From IMG/VR virus record IMGVR_UViG_3300043384_000010, positions 1-64,000 of that record: a DNA stretch of 64,000 nt. The stretch is one strand, 5' to 3'. The notes below the pieces were generated by a model, which saw nothing but the letters and a program-made list of their open reading frames with translations, did no database searches and was not told the DNA's origin. The position numbers and the translations under genes are program-made. Positions 28,767-40,908 of this stretch are shown piece by piece. Position 1 is the stretch's first letter, and the number at the start of each line of letters is the position of its first letter. This stretch comes from a virus (lineage: Duplodnaviria; Caudoviricetes).

Positions 28767-29636
28767 TCACGGCTGCCCAGCCAGCGCCGCGTTGACGTCG
28801 ACGGGACGGGCGAACTCATCGACCTCGCGCAGCACAGTGCACCTGGCGGACTTGACCTTGTCGTCCAGGACAACCATTGCATCCACCGGGATGGCACATT
28901 CGAGGTAGCGCGGCACACCGTCGCCGTTGTAGTAGCGACGAGCATGCGACGGGGACACCCCGAAATGGAGACCGCCACCGCGTCGCGCAGTGGGATCCCA
29001 GTCGGGCGCCTCGACGGCACCACCGATTGGGTAGTTCGTCAGATTGTGGTGCTGGCCAGCGTCCATGTCGATGTCGACGGCCTTGTAGACGATGGCGTCG
29101 CCGGACCGGATCTCGATCCCACGGTAGGCGGCCCACATCTCGGGTGCCTTGAGGTCGATATCGGTGTGGTCGATGAGTACGCCGCCACTGATCTGGCAGC
29201 CGCCAGAATGGAGATGGACGGCGGTATGACTTCCTGCCCGGACCGTGCTGGAGTCGTACGCCCGGACCGTGCTGGAGTCGGACGCCTCGACCGTGCTGGA
29301 GTCGGACGCCTCGACCGTGCTGGAGTCGTACGCCCGGACCGTGCTGGAGTCGTACGCCCGGACCGTGCTGGAGTCGTACGCCTCGACCGTGCTGGAGTCG
29401 TACGCCTCGACCGTGCTGGAGCCGGACGCCCGGACCGTGCTGGAGTCGTACGCCTCGACCGTGCTGGAGTCGTACGCCTCGACCGTGCTGGAGCCGTACG
29501 CCTCGACCGTGCTGGAGCCGGACGCCCGGACCGTCAACCACACCCCCGCAGGATTGTTGATGATGACATAGTCGACGTCAGTGTCAGCCAATGCGGCTTC
29601 GAGTTGCTCCTGGTTAGCGACGGTCACGGTGGTCAT
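28767..29636 (-). CDS. 8-aa-repeat solenoid protein, paralog 1 (DUF7666-like C-terminus)
   Basis: 12 V[ER]A[YS][DG]SST units; C-terminus VYKAVD...YPIG...GLHFGVSPSHARRY. Confidence 0.85.
   Translation of the reverse strand: MTTVTVANQEQLEAALADTDVDYVIINNPAGVWLTVRASGSSTVEAYGSSTVEAYDSSTVEAYDSSTVRASGSSTVEAYDSSTVEAYDSSTVRAYDSSTVRAYDSSTVEASDSSTVEASDSSTVRAYDSSTVRAGSHTAVHLHSGGCQISGGVLIDHTDIDLKAPEMWAAYRGIEIRSGDAIVYKAVDIDMDAGQHHNLTNYPIGGAVEAPDWDPTARRGGGLHFGVSPSHARRYYNGDGVPRYLECAIPVDAMVVLDDKVKSARCTVLREVDEFARPVDVNAALAGQP
29238..29534 (-). repeat. 24-bp coding tandem repeat, about 12 units
   Basis: CCGTGCTGGAGTCGTACGCC(TCGA/CGGA) units. Confidence 0.95.
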
Positions 29637-29721
29637 GGCTGGTTACCTTTCCGGCGTGGCGGAGGGGGCGAGTTGGGGTGGGCGCGGCCCGGGAGTGGTC
29701 ACCGGGGCCGCACCCACGGTC

Positions 29722-31198
29722 CTAGGGGGTGACGCGGACACGGACCTCGGAACGGAACCCGATCACGATCCGGTCGGGGAAGGCGGCCATGAGAGCGTCC
29801 GTCGCCTTCGCCGCTTCGTATGGGTCGACGCCAGCCCGGATCCACTTGTAACCGCAGCCAGGGACAGTCCCAACGATCCCCGCCTCGATGCCTACCGTGG
29901 TGAGGACCCGGCGGACCGTGCTGGAGGTTGGTTTGAGGTCCGCGGTCTGCGTCGTCATAGGTAGAGACTACGCCCGAACCATGCCCCGGGTCAAGCGGTA
30001 CGTAGCGTGTCGACCACGCGACCTTACGGCACCGACCCCTTGCGCTCTTGCCCTGCCGGATCAGACGAAGTGGTGGAAGCCGTCAATGCCTCGTCCCTCC
30101 ACGGTCCGATGGTGACGGCACGCGAGACCAGCATGGTCTTGGCGATATAGTCGTCCGCACCGGCGGCGCGCATTCGCCTCGCTCGTCATGCGTTTCACGT
30201 CGCCGTTCTCGTACCGGACGCCCCATTCGGTCTGGGTCTTGGTGCCCGTCTGCAGTGTCTCAGTGCTCACGGCTTACCCTCCTCGGGCTTCGTAGGGGTC
30301 GGGGGCTACCGCTTGATCCACCGCTTGAGGGCGGCGATCTCGCGGAGGGTGGCGATGTTGCGGAGGTCCCATGCCGCGCGCTTCCGGGAGTAGGTGTCGC
30401 CCTGCCGGAGTTCCCAAGCGAGGGAGTCGACCAGGCGGGCGCCATCTCGGGACGCGGTGATCCGGTCGTAGACCTCACGGTCAGTCTCAGGCATCTGGGC
30501 CCTCCTTGGGGGGTTCGCTGATCCGGCGCTCGTGGTCCGCCTCCATTGCGGCCCCGAATGCTGCGTCGATCCACGACAGGACGTCCATGCGGCGGTAGAC
30601 GCTCAGGGCGTCGCGGACCGCGTCTCCGACCGGGGTGTTGGGACGGGATGGGTGCGGGGCGTACCCCGTGTCGGCCATGTGGGTGACGATGAAGTCGATC
30701 TTCGCAGCGGCACTGCGGAGTTCACTGGCGGCATGAGTGAGGTTGCGGGCGGCCTCGAATCGCATGGCCTCCTCGGCGTCACGGGCCTTTGATGCGCCAG
30801 GAACGGGGGTCTCAGGCATTGGTTCCGCACTCCCCGGGGTAGGTGGTGGCCATCGGTCAGTCCTCTCGTCCGCAGGTGCGGCAGGTGTTGATGTGTTCCC
30901 GCCATTCGGCCGGGTCGAGCAGCTCCGGGTAGCCACACTCGGGCCACGCGGAGGCTTCCACGGTCGCCTCGTCGAGGACGGCCTGTGCGGCGTCCGGGTC
31001 GGGCAGGTGCCCGGTGGTGGCGTAGACGGTGACGTCCTCTTCCTCCGCCTCGAGTAGGTCGGTGAGGGCCCGGGTCGCGTCGTCCTCGTCGAACCCGGCG
31101 TAGCGGACCATCGTGCCAGCCAGGATCGTGTAGGCGGTCCTGGTGTCTGCGGCGCCCCGTTGGGTGGGGAGGGTGAGGGTCCGCTCCGTCGTCGTCAT
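29722..31198 (-). other. Cluster of short early-type genes (29722-29958, 30061-30270, 30306-30494, 30487-30819, 30857-31198)
   Basis: Same strand and closely packed; two start leaderless from the conserved promoter. Confidence 0.6.
29963..29994 (-). promoter_or_regulatory. Conserved promoter TTGACCCG-N11-GGGCGTAGWCTCT, copy A
   Basis: ATG 29958 lies 6 nt after the -10. Confidence 0.85.
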
Positions 31199-31202
31199 GG
31201 TG

Positions 31203-31234
31203 AGAGTCTACGCCCGGGACGTACCGCGGGTCAA
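31203..31234 (-). promoter_or_regulatory. Conserved promoter, copy B
   Basis: TTGACCCGcggtacgtcccGGGCGTAGACTCT; ATG 31198 lies 6 nt after the -10. Confidence 0.85.
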
Positions 31235-31384
31235 GCGGGTGGGCCCGGGACCGTCCCGACATCCCGCGAACTTCCGCGAACATCCCACCCCAACATCCCC
31301 CAACATGCCACCCTGGACACAGGCAGGCAGACCGGGATACCCCCCGTACCCGAGACGCAGCCCAACCAGGTTCCCCTGGGAACC

Positions 31385-31430
31385 CAAGAGGGCCCCTCCG
31401 CCATACCCGTAGGCGGAGGGGTTCCTCTTG
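31385..31430. terminator. Long GC-rich hairpin
   Basis: CAAGAGGGCCCCTCCGCC...GGCGGAGGGGTTCCTCTTG. Confidence 0.65.
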
Positions 31431-31828
31431 CGAACGTCCAGGCAGGCTAACCCCAGTCCTCACACGGACCACACACCCACCCCGGCCAGCGCGGATCCAG
31501 CCGACCAGCCGCCACAACCACCACACGCCCGCACCACCCGCACTCGACCACGACGGGCCGGGTGGCAGCGTCCGCATCCTCGGCCGTCGATGTCGACCAG
31601 ACCGCCGCGGACGTCCCGGTCAAAGCGGCCACCCCGTGACGGCCCTACGGACAACACCCTCGAAACCTCCCTCGGTCAGCCGCCAGAGGACGTCTCCCGA
31701 CGCCATCCGCTCAGCCACCCGCAACACATCCTCGGCGTCGTAGTGGGCGCGGACATCCTCCGTCTTCGTGATGAGCGCATTGTCGGTGTGGGTGATCACC
31801 CAAGACCCATCGTCGATGTGCTTAACGG

Positions 31829-32050
31829 TCAAACTGATGGTGTACACGACTCTTCCCCCTTCTTGTTCTTGGCGGTCTTGTCCGTACGTGGCCGTCCACC
31901 ACCCGAGCCCTTACCGGGCCGGGACGCCTGCCACGCGTCCAGGGTCGCCGGGAGCCAGCGCGGGGACCGACCCAACGTGACGTCCGGACCCGGGAAGACC
32001 CCCCACGACCGGTAACGGGTCACCGTGCCCGGACGGACCCCGGTCGTCAC
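31829..32050 (-). CDS. AlpA/excisionase-like HTH
   Basis: GVRPGTVTRYR...PRWLPATLDAWQASRPG. Confidence 0.7.
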   Translation of the reverse strand: MTTGVRPGTVTRYRSWGVFPGPDVTLGRSPRWLPATLDAWQASRPGKGSGGGRPRTDKTAKNKKGEESCTPSV

Positions 32051-32328
32051 GCCTGCCTGGCGATGTCGATCAGACGTCCCGGGGTGATTCCGGGGGTGAC
32101 GATGGTCTCCATCTTGGTCTCCTTTTTCTTCGGTCGGCCGGTGCGCCCAGGCCGTGAGGCCTTCCACGCCTCGACGGCGGCGCGGTCCCGGACCGGCGAG
32201 CCGCAGCACGGGCAGGCGACGGCGGTCGGGTAGTCGTCGTGCCGGATCCGGTAGCGGGTCACCGACTCCGGGGTGACGCCGAGCAGGGCAGCCTCTGCCG
32301 CCCTATTCAGGTAGCGGGGCTCGCTCAC
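32047..32328 (-). CDS. AlpA/excisionase-like HTH, paralog of its neighbour
   Basis: AALLGVTPESVTRYR...AVEAWKASRPG. Confidence 0.7.
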   Translation of the reverse strand: MSEPRYLNRAAEAALLGVTPESVTRYRIRHDDYPTAVACPCCGSPVRDRAAVEAWKASRPGRTGRPKKKETKMETIVTPGITPGRLIDIARQA

Positions 32329-32650
32329 GAGTTGAGCTGGTCGCGCAGGACGTCGATCTCCTCGCGGGTGAACAGGTTCTCCGGTCCGTCGGACTCGATC
32401 GTCAGGCCGGACTCGATGAGGCTGTCGATCGCGGCTAGCACATCGGTCTTGTCGTGGCCCGCAGCGGTCAGCATTCCGATGACGCTGGCTGGCCGGTAGA
32501 TGTTGGCGGTCATGGTGTCCTCCGTGCGGTTCGCTGTCCTGCTGACAAGGACAACTATTGCAGCCCGGCAGGATGTTGTCAACCATGCGCGGACAACGAA
32601 AGCGGCCCCCGCCCCACCGTGAGGTGAGACGAGGGCCGCCGCCAGCCCAG

Positions 32651-32974
32651 CTACCCCCCGTGCCCCCGCTCATGCTCGACCCGCCACCGCTGCAACTCCG
32701 CCACATCCGCCGCCAACACCGCCAGAGACGGCGGGCCCTCCACCGAGGGCGGGACCGGAGCAGCCACCACCCGCACACCCCGGCCAGGCTCACCCACCAC
32801 CAGACCCTCAGCCCGCAGCAACGCAGTCGCACGCTGCACCGGACCCTGCGACACCCCGAACTCCTGCCCGAGCGCCGTAGTGGACGGGATGAGAGCCCCG
32901 ACAGGGTAGGTGCCTGACGCGATCCGGGTACGGATCGTGTCGGCGATGTCCTGCCAGGACGACGCGGCGGTCAC
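32651..32974 (-). CDS. GntR-family repressor (KorSA-like position)
   Basis: WQDIADTIRTRIASGTYPVGALIPSTTALGQEFGVSQGPVQRATALLRAEGLV; divergent from the transfer-like module. Confidence 0.9.
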   Translation of the reverse strand: MTAASSWQDIADTIRTRIASGTYPVGALIPSTTALGQEFGVSQGPVQRATALLRAEGLVVGEPGRGVRVVAAPVPPSVEGPPSLAVLAADVAELQRWRVEHERGHGG

Positions 32975-33080
32975 GTGGTGACCTGCGCAGACGTGGGACG
33001 CATGCCGTACATGCTGCACCAACACGCCGCGATCTCCTACGCCACCCGGGCGCCTCTCCTGCCCGGTTTCTGGACAACCA

Positions 33081-33106
33081 CGGATACCTAGTGCACCCTG
33101 TATCCG
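33081..33106. promoter_or_regulatory. Inverted repeat CGGATAC-N12-GTATCCG between the divergent genes (candidate operator)
   Basis: Seen directly; function inferred. Confidence 0.5.
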
Positions 33107-33126
33107 TGACCACAGGAGAGGCACCA

Positions 33127-33321
33127 GTGGTGAAACGGACAGAACGGTCCCCCCTATGGCCGGCGCTTCTCCTCGTCTCCGAAGCCGCCGAACTGCTCCG
33201 TGTTCACACCTCAACCGTCTACCGGTGGTGCCGGGCCGGGACCATCCCCTCACTCCGGGTCGGTGGGTCCGTCCGGATCCACGCCGACCACATCCGGACC
33301 CACCTGGAGGGTGCCTCGTGA
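33127..33321 (+). CDS. Excisionase-like HTH_17 protein
   Basis: LLLVSEAAELLRVHTSTVYRWCRAGTIPSLRVGGSVRI. Confidence 0.85.
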   Translation: MVKRTERSPLWPALLLVSEAAELLRVHTSTVYRWCRAGTIPSLRVGGSVRIHADHIRTHLEGAS

Positions 33322-33824
33322 GTACCACCGCCGACACCGCAGACTGCAGTGCCAACCTCACAATCAGGCAGGTCGCCCGGGCCTGCGCAGCGTCCGTCAC
33401 TGCCGTTGCCCGGATGGTCCGGGAGGGTCTAATCAAGGCCCACCGCGACCCGATCGACGGCACGACGTGGCGGATCCCTCAGACGGAGGTCGCCGAGGTC
33501 GTCAAGATCAGGGCCGAGTGGAGGGTGTCCGGTCCTGGGGTCGCCAACCGGCGGACCGCCCCGCCGGTTGGGGGCCTCGACTGGCAGGACGACGGAAAGT
33601 GCCGGGACCGACCCGACCTGTACATGGGTCCGTACGGGGAGTCGGCACCACGGAAGCGGCGCCGGGAGTCGGCTGCGGTCGCGATCTGCGCCACATGCCC
33701 GGTCATGGAGACGTGCCGCAGTTACGCCCTCGCCGGGAGTGAGAGGTACGGAGTCTGGGGTGGCCTCACTCAGGAGGCGCTGAGGGCGGCCGTGAAGTTG
33801 AGGTACAAGCAGGTGGCGGCGTGA
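33318..33824 (+). CDS. HTH (MerR/xis-like) fused to a WhiB Fe-S domain
   Basis: LTIRQVARAC...; four Cys C...CATCPVMETC and GVWGG. Confidence 0.85.
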   Translation: MSTTADTADCSANLTIRQVARACAASVTAVARMVREGLIKAHRDPIDGTTWRIPQTEVAEVVKIRAEWRVSGPGVANRRTAPPVGGLDWQDDGKCRDRPDLYMGPYGESAPRKRRRESAAVAICATCPVMETCRSYALAGSERYGVWGGLTQEALRAAVKLRYKQVAA

Positions 33825-34043
33825 CCCCGCTCCCGTGGCGGGGCCGGGGCGCCATCCGTCCCGGCGACGCGCTACCGCCGCGACGGGCAGCGCGTCGGCA
33901 GTGCGCGTGCCCGGTCGAGCACGGCACCCACATCCCCGGGCAGTGCCGTCACACCGTCACCGACGGGCCCCTCACCACCGGATGTCCCTGCGGGACCGCA
34001 TCAGACCACCACACACCACTCAAGGGCGGGTGACCCAAACATC

Positions 34044-34436
34044 ATGTTCGTGACCCTCGGCGGGGCGGCTGTCGCCCTCATCGTGGCCGCTGTCGCGCGC
34101 AGGTCCGGTCTCCGGGCAGCCGAGGAGGAGGCGGACCTCACGGTCGAGCGGATCGCCTGGAACATCGAGTTCGGTCACCCACTCGGGTCCACCCCTACCG
34201 GGGCGACACCCCGGAAGCGGCTGCGGGCTGACCTGCCCCCATGTCACGGGAAGCTCCTCGTCCATGAGGACGGTCACCAGACCTGCGTGGGCGGCCGGGA
34301 CGACTGCTGGCCCGAGCATGAGACCACCTACAGCCACCGCCGCACCGCCGCATGCAACGCACAGAACCACGGGTGCGGCACCTGCCAGACGCCCGGCTAC
34401 CAGCCAGCCGCAGGACCCGACCGCAGCCACTATTGA
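34044..34436 (+). CDS. Membrane-anchored Cys/His-rich protein
   Basis: N-terminal hydrophobic helix; CH...H..C...C...H...H...C...CGTC. Confidence 0.55.
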   Translation: MFVTLGGAAVALIVAAVARRSGLRAAEEEADLTVERIAWNIEFGHPLGSTPTGATPRKRLRADLPPCHGKLLVHEDGHQTCVGGRDDCWPEHETTYSHRRTAACNAQNHGCGTCQTPGYQPAAGPDRSHY

Positions 34437-34450
34437 ACTGAGGAGTCAAG

Positions 34451-34975
34451 TTGAACGAGCAATGGAATGCACTTCTGATGTCGGGAGGGTGGGTCTACCT
34501 TCTGCCTTTCGTGGCGGTGATCACCGCTGCTGTGGGCTACATCCGCAGCATCCAAGTCACCACGGATCCCATGCCCCTGCCCCCATCCAGGATCATCCAC
34601 GGCGACGAGTTGACCGATGGGATGACGGTCCTCCTCGACTGCCGGGGCAGCCGCTGCCTGTACGCGGGTGACCACGGCCCGACGGCCGTCCATCCGTTGA
34701 CGGTGATCCGCATGCGCCTGTCTGGCGCCTACCGGTACCCGGTGCTGTCTGACCTGTCTGGGACGGAGCACGACATGGCCCCGGTCTACCGGCACGCGAC
34801 TGTCCGGGTCGCTGGGGGACCTGTCCAGACAGTCAGCCTCAACCTGTCTGGGACCTGTCTGGCAGACAGGGCCGACCTGTCTGCCGACCTGTCTGCCGAC
34901 CTGTCTGCACCGCCGAGCACCAACCTGTCTGCCAGACAGGCAGACCTGTCTGCCCGACCTGTCCACGCCGACTGA
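34451..34975 (+). CDS. Membrane protein whose C-terminus is encoded by the 8-mer array
   Basis: TM WVYLLPFVAVITAAVGYI; DLSADLSADLSA tail. Confidence 0.55.
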   Translation: MNEQWNALLMSGGWVYLLPFVAVITAAVGYIRSIQVTTDPMPLPPSRIIHGDELTDGMTVLLDCRGSRCLYAGDHGPTAVHPLTVIRMRLSGAYRYPVLSDLSGTEHDMAPVYRHATVRVAGGPVQTVSLNLSGTCLADRADLSADLSADLSAPPSTNLSARQADLSARPVHAD

Positions 34976-35007
34976 CCGCAGACAGCCCGACCTGTCTGAC
35001 CTGTCTG
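34744..35007 (-). repeat. Array of 12 RGACAGGT 8-mers on the minus strand (ACCTGTCY on plus)
   Basis: Copies at 34752, 34819, 34842, 34853, 34875, 34887, 34899, 34923, 34944, 34957, 34990, 34999. Confidence 0.95.
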
Positions 35008-35296
35008 CCACCCACCAGCCCTGAGGGACCGATCGTGACTCGCATCCGCATCATCGACACCGCCAGGCCAGGGCGCCGGCTCGAACCGGAGTCATCCGCG
35101 GACGTCACACCGACGGACGTCCCAAAGCTGATGCAGATCCTCCAGGGGCGTCGCGCAGTCCGGCCGGACTGGAGGGGACGCCGGCTGGCGATCGAGGCGT
35201 ACGACCGGCGCCATGGCTGGCTCAGGTACGAGCAGCCCCTCTGACATGCCCCCGGGCACCCCTCGAACCCCCTCTCGACCCTCGTTACTCCAAACA

Positions 35297-35377
35297 GGGG
35301 GGTAGGGGGGTAGGGGGTAGGGGAGCAGGGCTCAAACGCGTAGGCGAGAGGGGGGTACCCCCTACCCCCTACCCCCC
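35297..35377. other. G-tract/C-tract inverted repeat (G-quadruplex or hairpin)
   Basis: Four G runs separated by TA, then complementary CCCCCTACCCCCTACCCCCC. Confidence 0.75.
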
Positions 35378-35421
35378 TCACAAACCAGCACCAACCGTCA
35401 CAAACTAGGAAAGGACCACCA

Positions 35422-35874
35422 GTGACTACCTGGCAGTACGTGGGGGCCTTCCTGGTCCTCGGATGGATCTTCCTCGGCATCTGCGTCGGCCTCGACCTCG
35501 GCGGCGTCAAGTCGATCGCGGTCGACGTCTTCGAGGTCATCGGCGCCGCGTCCGTCCTCACTGCGGGCGCACACCTCGCCCGCGGGACGTGGGCATACCG
35601 CTTCATCGGGTGGATCGTCCACATCCACCCGGTCGCCGGATATGTGGCGTTCCTGGCGATCCTCGTCGGGATCGTCCTGTTCGTCGTGGCTGTCCTCCCG
35701 GCGCGGGTGTACAGCGCCACCTCGGTGACGATGTCCATCGCCGTGTTCGGGGTGTTCCTGCCGTCGCTGCTCGTCCAGGTCAATCTCCCCGGGACGTGGG
35801 GTAGCGCGATCAGCGACGCCTGCGCGGTGCCCATCGGGTTCTTGGTTCAGGTGACCGGGGGTGCATGGGGGTGA
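35422..35874 (+). CDS. Multi-pass membrane protein (Spd-like position)
   Basis: 150 aa, about 4-5 hydrophobic helices. Confidence 0.75.
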   Translation: MTTWQYVGAFLVLGWIFLGICVGLDLGGVKSIAVDVFEVIGAASVLTAGAHLARGTWAYRFIGWIVHIHPVAGYVAFLAILVGIVLFVVAVLPARVYSATSVTMSIAVFGVFLPSLLVQVNLPGTWGSAISDACAVPIGFLVQVTGGAWG

Positions 35875-35877
35875 CGT

Positions 35878-36088
35878 GGACAGGTCCGGCACAGCCAGAC
35901 AGGTGGTCGTGGACAGGTCGCAGACAGGTCCCGTGGACAGGTGCAGACAGGTCAGACAGGTAGTGCCAGACAGGTCCCAGACAGGTCGGTGGACAGGTCA
36001 TGGACAGGTCCGGCAGACAGGTTCCAGACAGGTAGGCAGACAGTCAGACAGTCAGTCCCAGACAGGTAGAGCAGACAGCCAGACAGGT
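35878..36088 (+). repeat. Non-coding array of 15 RGACAGGT 8-mers plus 3 variants on the plus strand
   Basis: Copies at 35878, 35897, 35911, 35922, 35935, 35945, 35954, 35968, 35979, 35991, 36002, 36015, 36026, 36060, 36081. Confidence 0.95.
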
Positions 36089-36093
36089 GGTCA

Positions 36094-37308
36094 GTGATGG
36101 ACCTACTCCTCCTCATCCTCGTCTCCACGGGGATCGTGACGTGGCTGAGCGCAGAGCCGGACGGGGTCGCCGCTGGCGTCCGCGGCGCAGCCACCCGGGC
36201 GTTCAGCGAGGGATGGTCGGCGGGCAGCCAGTCCGCCGCGCGCCGCTGGCAGGCAGGTGAGGCCGACAGGGCAGGACGCCGGAAAGTAAGACACAAGCGG
36301 TGGCGAAAGACACGGAAGGGTCGAGCGTTAATCGCCGCCGACAGGGCAGGACGGGCCACAGTCGGGGCCACCGTCAGAGGCGCCCGACTGGTCATCCCCG
36401 CTACAGCAGACGCCATCGGAGCAGCCCGGCGTGCAGCACCACAGGGCTGGGCAGAGCGCCGCGAAGAGCGGCGGACACGCCAAGAAGAGAAGGAGTCGAA
36501 GGAGAAGCGGGAGCGGAAGGCCAAGAAACACCGCGAGACCGGGCGCGCCGCTCAGCCGGAAACCCCCGACATCACCACTCGACCAGGAGCCGCGGAGATC
36601 GACCCGCAGCTCATCGAATGGGCCAAAGCACCCGACCCGGCGGCGGCCGGGGTGACGCGCCCCGCTGCCACGCCCGACCCCATGACTCCGGACGCCGTCC
36701 GACCGGAGATGACAGACCCGACGGCAGCCCGGACCTGCTGGCGCCGCGGATGCGACCAGCAGGCTGGCGACTCCGGTGTGTGTCCGGAGCACGCACCAGT
36801 CACCGTGGAATGCCCGCACTGTGAGAAGACGCAACTCGTGCGCCGTGAACACGCCGACGCGGCTAGGCAGGCGATGGCCGAGGGGTGCCCGCAGCGGCCC
36901 GGCTACAACCCATCAGCAGACACCCGGCACCCCGCCGGGTCAGCTAAGGGAGGAACACCAGTCATGGGAGAAATCGGCAACCACACCGATCTGCAGATGG
37001 AACTCCAGAACAAGCTGGAGGCGCTCGAAAGTCTCGTCGCGGACGTCAAGCAGATGATCAGCGCGGCAACAGAGGAGGCAGAAGCCACGGTCAAGCAAGC
37101 CCAGGGCTACGCCGAGTCCCTGGATGGCGGGCGGTTCGGTGAGATCGTCCACAAGGCGATCGGGACCGTCATGGAAGCCGCTGGGGCGGTGCTGAAGCAG
37201 GTCACCGCGATGCGCGAAGCCGGGGACGGCTTTGAGAAGTCGACCGGCGAGTTGGGGGACGCCATCGGAGCGGCGGAGAAGGAGACGGTCGCCGCCGTCG
37301 GCGCCTGA
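36094..37308 (+). CDS. Membrane-anchored protein with basic region, Cys motifs and C-terminal coiled coil (probable internal start near 36964)
   Basis: N-terminal TM; GGAGG RBS before MGEIGNH; helical acidic C-terminus. Confidence 0.65.
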   Translation: MMDLLLLILVSTGIVTWLSAEPDGVAAGVRGAATRAFSEGWSAGSQSAARRWQAGEADRAGRRKVRHKRWRKTRKGRALIAADRAGRATVGATVRGARLVIPATADAIGAARRAAPQGWAERREERRTRQEEKESKEKRERKAKKHRETGRAAQPETPDITTRPGAAEIDPQLIEWAKAPDPAAAGVTRPAATPDPMTPDAVRPEMTDPTAARTCWRRGCDQQAGDSGVCPEHAPVTVECPHCEKTQLVRREHADAARQAMAEGCPQRPGYNPSADTRHPAGSAKGGTPVMGEIGNHTDLQMELQNKLEALESLVADVKQMISAATEEAEATVKQAQGYAESLDGGRFGEIVHKAIGTVMEAAGAVLKQVTAMREAGDGFEKSTGELGDAIGAAEKETVAAVGA

Positions 37309-37332
37309 CCAAGTCGGCCTGCGAGAGGTTAG

Positions 37333-39314
<1,982 letters not shown>

Positions 39315-39315
<1 letters not shown>

Positions 39316-40298
39316 TGTCCGACTACACCGATCCGTCTCTCGCTGACGAGGAGGGGGTTCTGGCGAAGACTGGGTGGCCGATGGCGTCCGCTATCGGCGT
39401 GGTCGCGGCAGCGGCCATGGTGGAGGCCGGATACAACCTCGGCTGGTTCGTCGGTCACACCCTGCACCTCCCGGCGCCCCTCGCGGTCATGTTCCCGTTG
39501 ATCATGGAGACGGTCGCGGGCACGCTCGCCATCCAGGACCTGAGAGACCGCCGCAGAGGACACGACAGCACAGCAATGAGGGCCGCGACCTACGCCACCC
39601 TGGCGCTGTCGTCCGTGATCAACGGACTTGTCGGCGCAGCATCCTACGGCCCCGCGGGGCTCCTGGAGATCCTGCCCCCGCTAGTCCTCGCCCTGGTGAT
39701 CCACCTCCATGGCGACCGGGCCACCAGGGCGTGGCATTCCCGGGCCGTCACCCGCCCCGAATGGCGTGCAGCCCGGCACCGGGAGGCGCGCGTCGACTCC
39801 GTCCTCGCCGTCCTCCCGCTCCTCCTCGGTGACGACGAACACGGCAAGGCCACTGTCGCGCTGCTCCGCCGCCGGCTGGAGTCGTGCACCCTGGAGCCGG
39901 GCCATGCACTGGTCTCCGCCGGGTGGGGTGACCGGGTAGCCCGGATTGAGTCCCCGTCAGCTCTGCGACGGCTGGAAACGATCGCCGACACAGTGTGGGG
40001 TGACGGTGAGCGGCCCGCCGGGGCGCAACCCGAGGTACAGCCTGCCCCCACCCAGAGGGAGCCAGCGCCCCACACGTCAGACGTGAACTCTCCGACGGCG
40101 CCGCCAGCCATCGGAGTGGATCGCCGGGGCGCCACCGACGACGAGATCCGCGCCGTCCTCGCCGAGGCGGGATGGCCCGGCCGAACCATCGCGGCAAGAC
40201 GCCTGACGGACGCTGGTCTCCCATGCGACACTGGACGTCTCGCGGACATCCTCCGCGAGCACAAGGCGGGCCCGACACTGCGGGCCATCGCCCTATGA
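39315..40298 (+). CDS. DUF2637 / SpdA-like membrane protein with C-terminal HTH-like segment
   Basis: Four TM helices, LAVMFPLIME...LPPLVLALVIH; coupled to the translocase. Confidence 0.75.
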
Positions 40299-40385
40299 TC
40301 GTCCGCTGGTAGCCATCCGGCACCCCGCAACCTCGAACGAGAACCCTCGGGCAGTCCACCCGTCGGGGATCTCGTATCGCTTCAT
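40293..40385 (-). pseudogene. Probable tnpB N-terminal remnant
   Basis: MKRYEIPDGWTARGFSFEV recalls mycobacterial TnpB N-termini; leaderless; frame ends after 30 codons. Confidence 0.5.
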
Positions 40386-40403
40386 GGTGATAGGGTACCA
40401 CAC

Positions 40404-40604
40404 ATGAGGTACGACACGGAACGGAAGACAGGTAAGCTGCCCCAGGTCAGGATCACCGAGCGTATGCAGGAGGAGATCCGCGCGGCGTGCACCGACCTGC
40501 GCCGACCGGTCGCATGGGTGGTCACCGAAGCGCTCCGGGCGTGGCTGGATGAGTACCAGAGCACGCCAGACGTCGCTCATGCACGCTCGGAACGCAACAG
40601 TTGA
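40404..40604 (+). CDS. Ribbon-helix-helix protein, leaderless
   Basis: PQVRITERMQEEIRAAC...PVAWVVTEALRAWL; TAGGGT 7 nt before ATG. Confidence 0.7.
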   Translation: MRYDTERKTGKLPQVRITERMQEEIRAACTDLRRPVAWVVTEALRAWLDEYQSTPDVAHARSERNS

Positions 40605-40606
40605 TG

Positions 40607-40633
40607 CCCCCGCCCGGAAAGGGAGGGCGGGGG
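40607..40633. other. Hairpin resembling an IS200/IS605 end (or a terminator)
   Basis: CCCCCGCCC-N9-GGGCGGGGG directly after the RHH gene. Confidence 0.5.
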
Positions 40634-40908
40634 TTCGGCCGTTTGGATGACAGGTGGGTGTGACCTGCGTCAAGATAGGAAGTCATACCCCGGCCCGCCA
40701 CCCCGGAGGACATCTTGACAACCAAGCGCACCCCACCGATCACTAGGAGGGCACTCCTAGTCGACCAGGACGGGACGGTAATCGACCAGATCGAGGTCCG
40801 TATCTACGCCGGACGCGCCCCGTTGTACCTCGGGATCGGCCAAAAGAACTGGCTGCTCCACGAGACCCTACACGACGGGGTACCCCGGTATATGGCGGCC
40901 TAGGAACG

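Noticed and set aside
35878-36088. RGACAGGT arrays as CRISPR
   Set aside because: The 8-bp unit and 0-25 nt gaps are far too short
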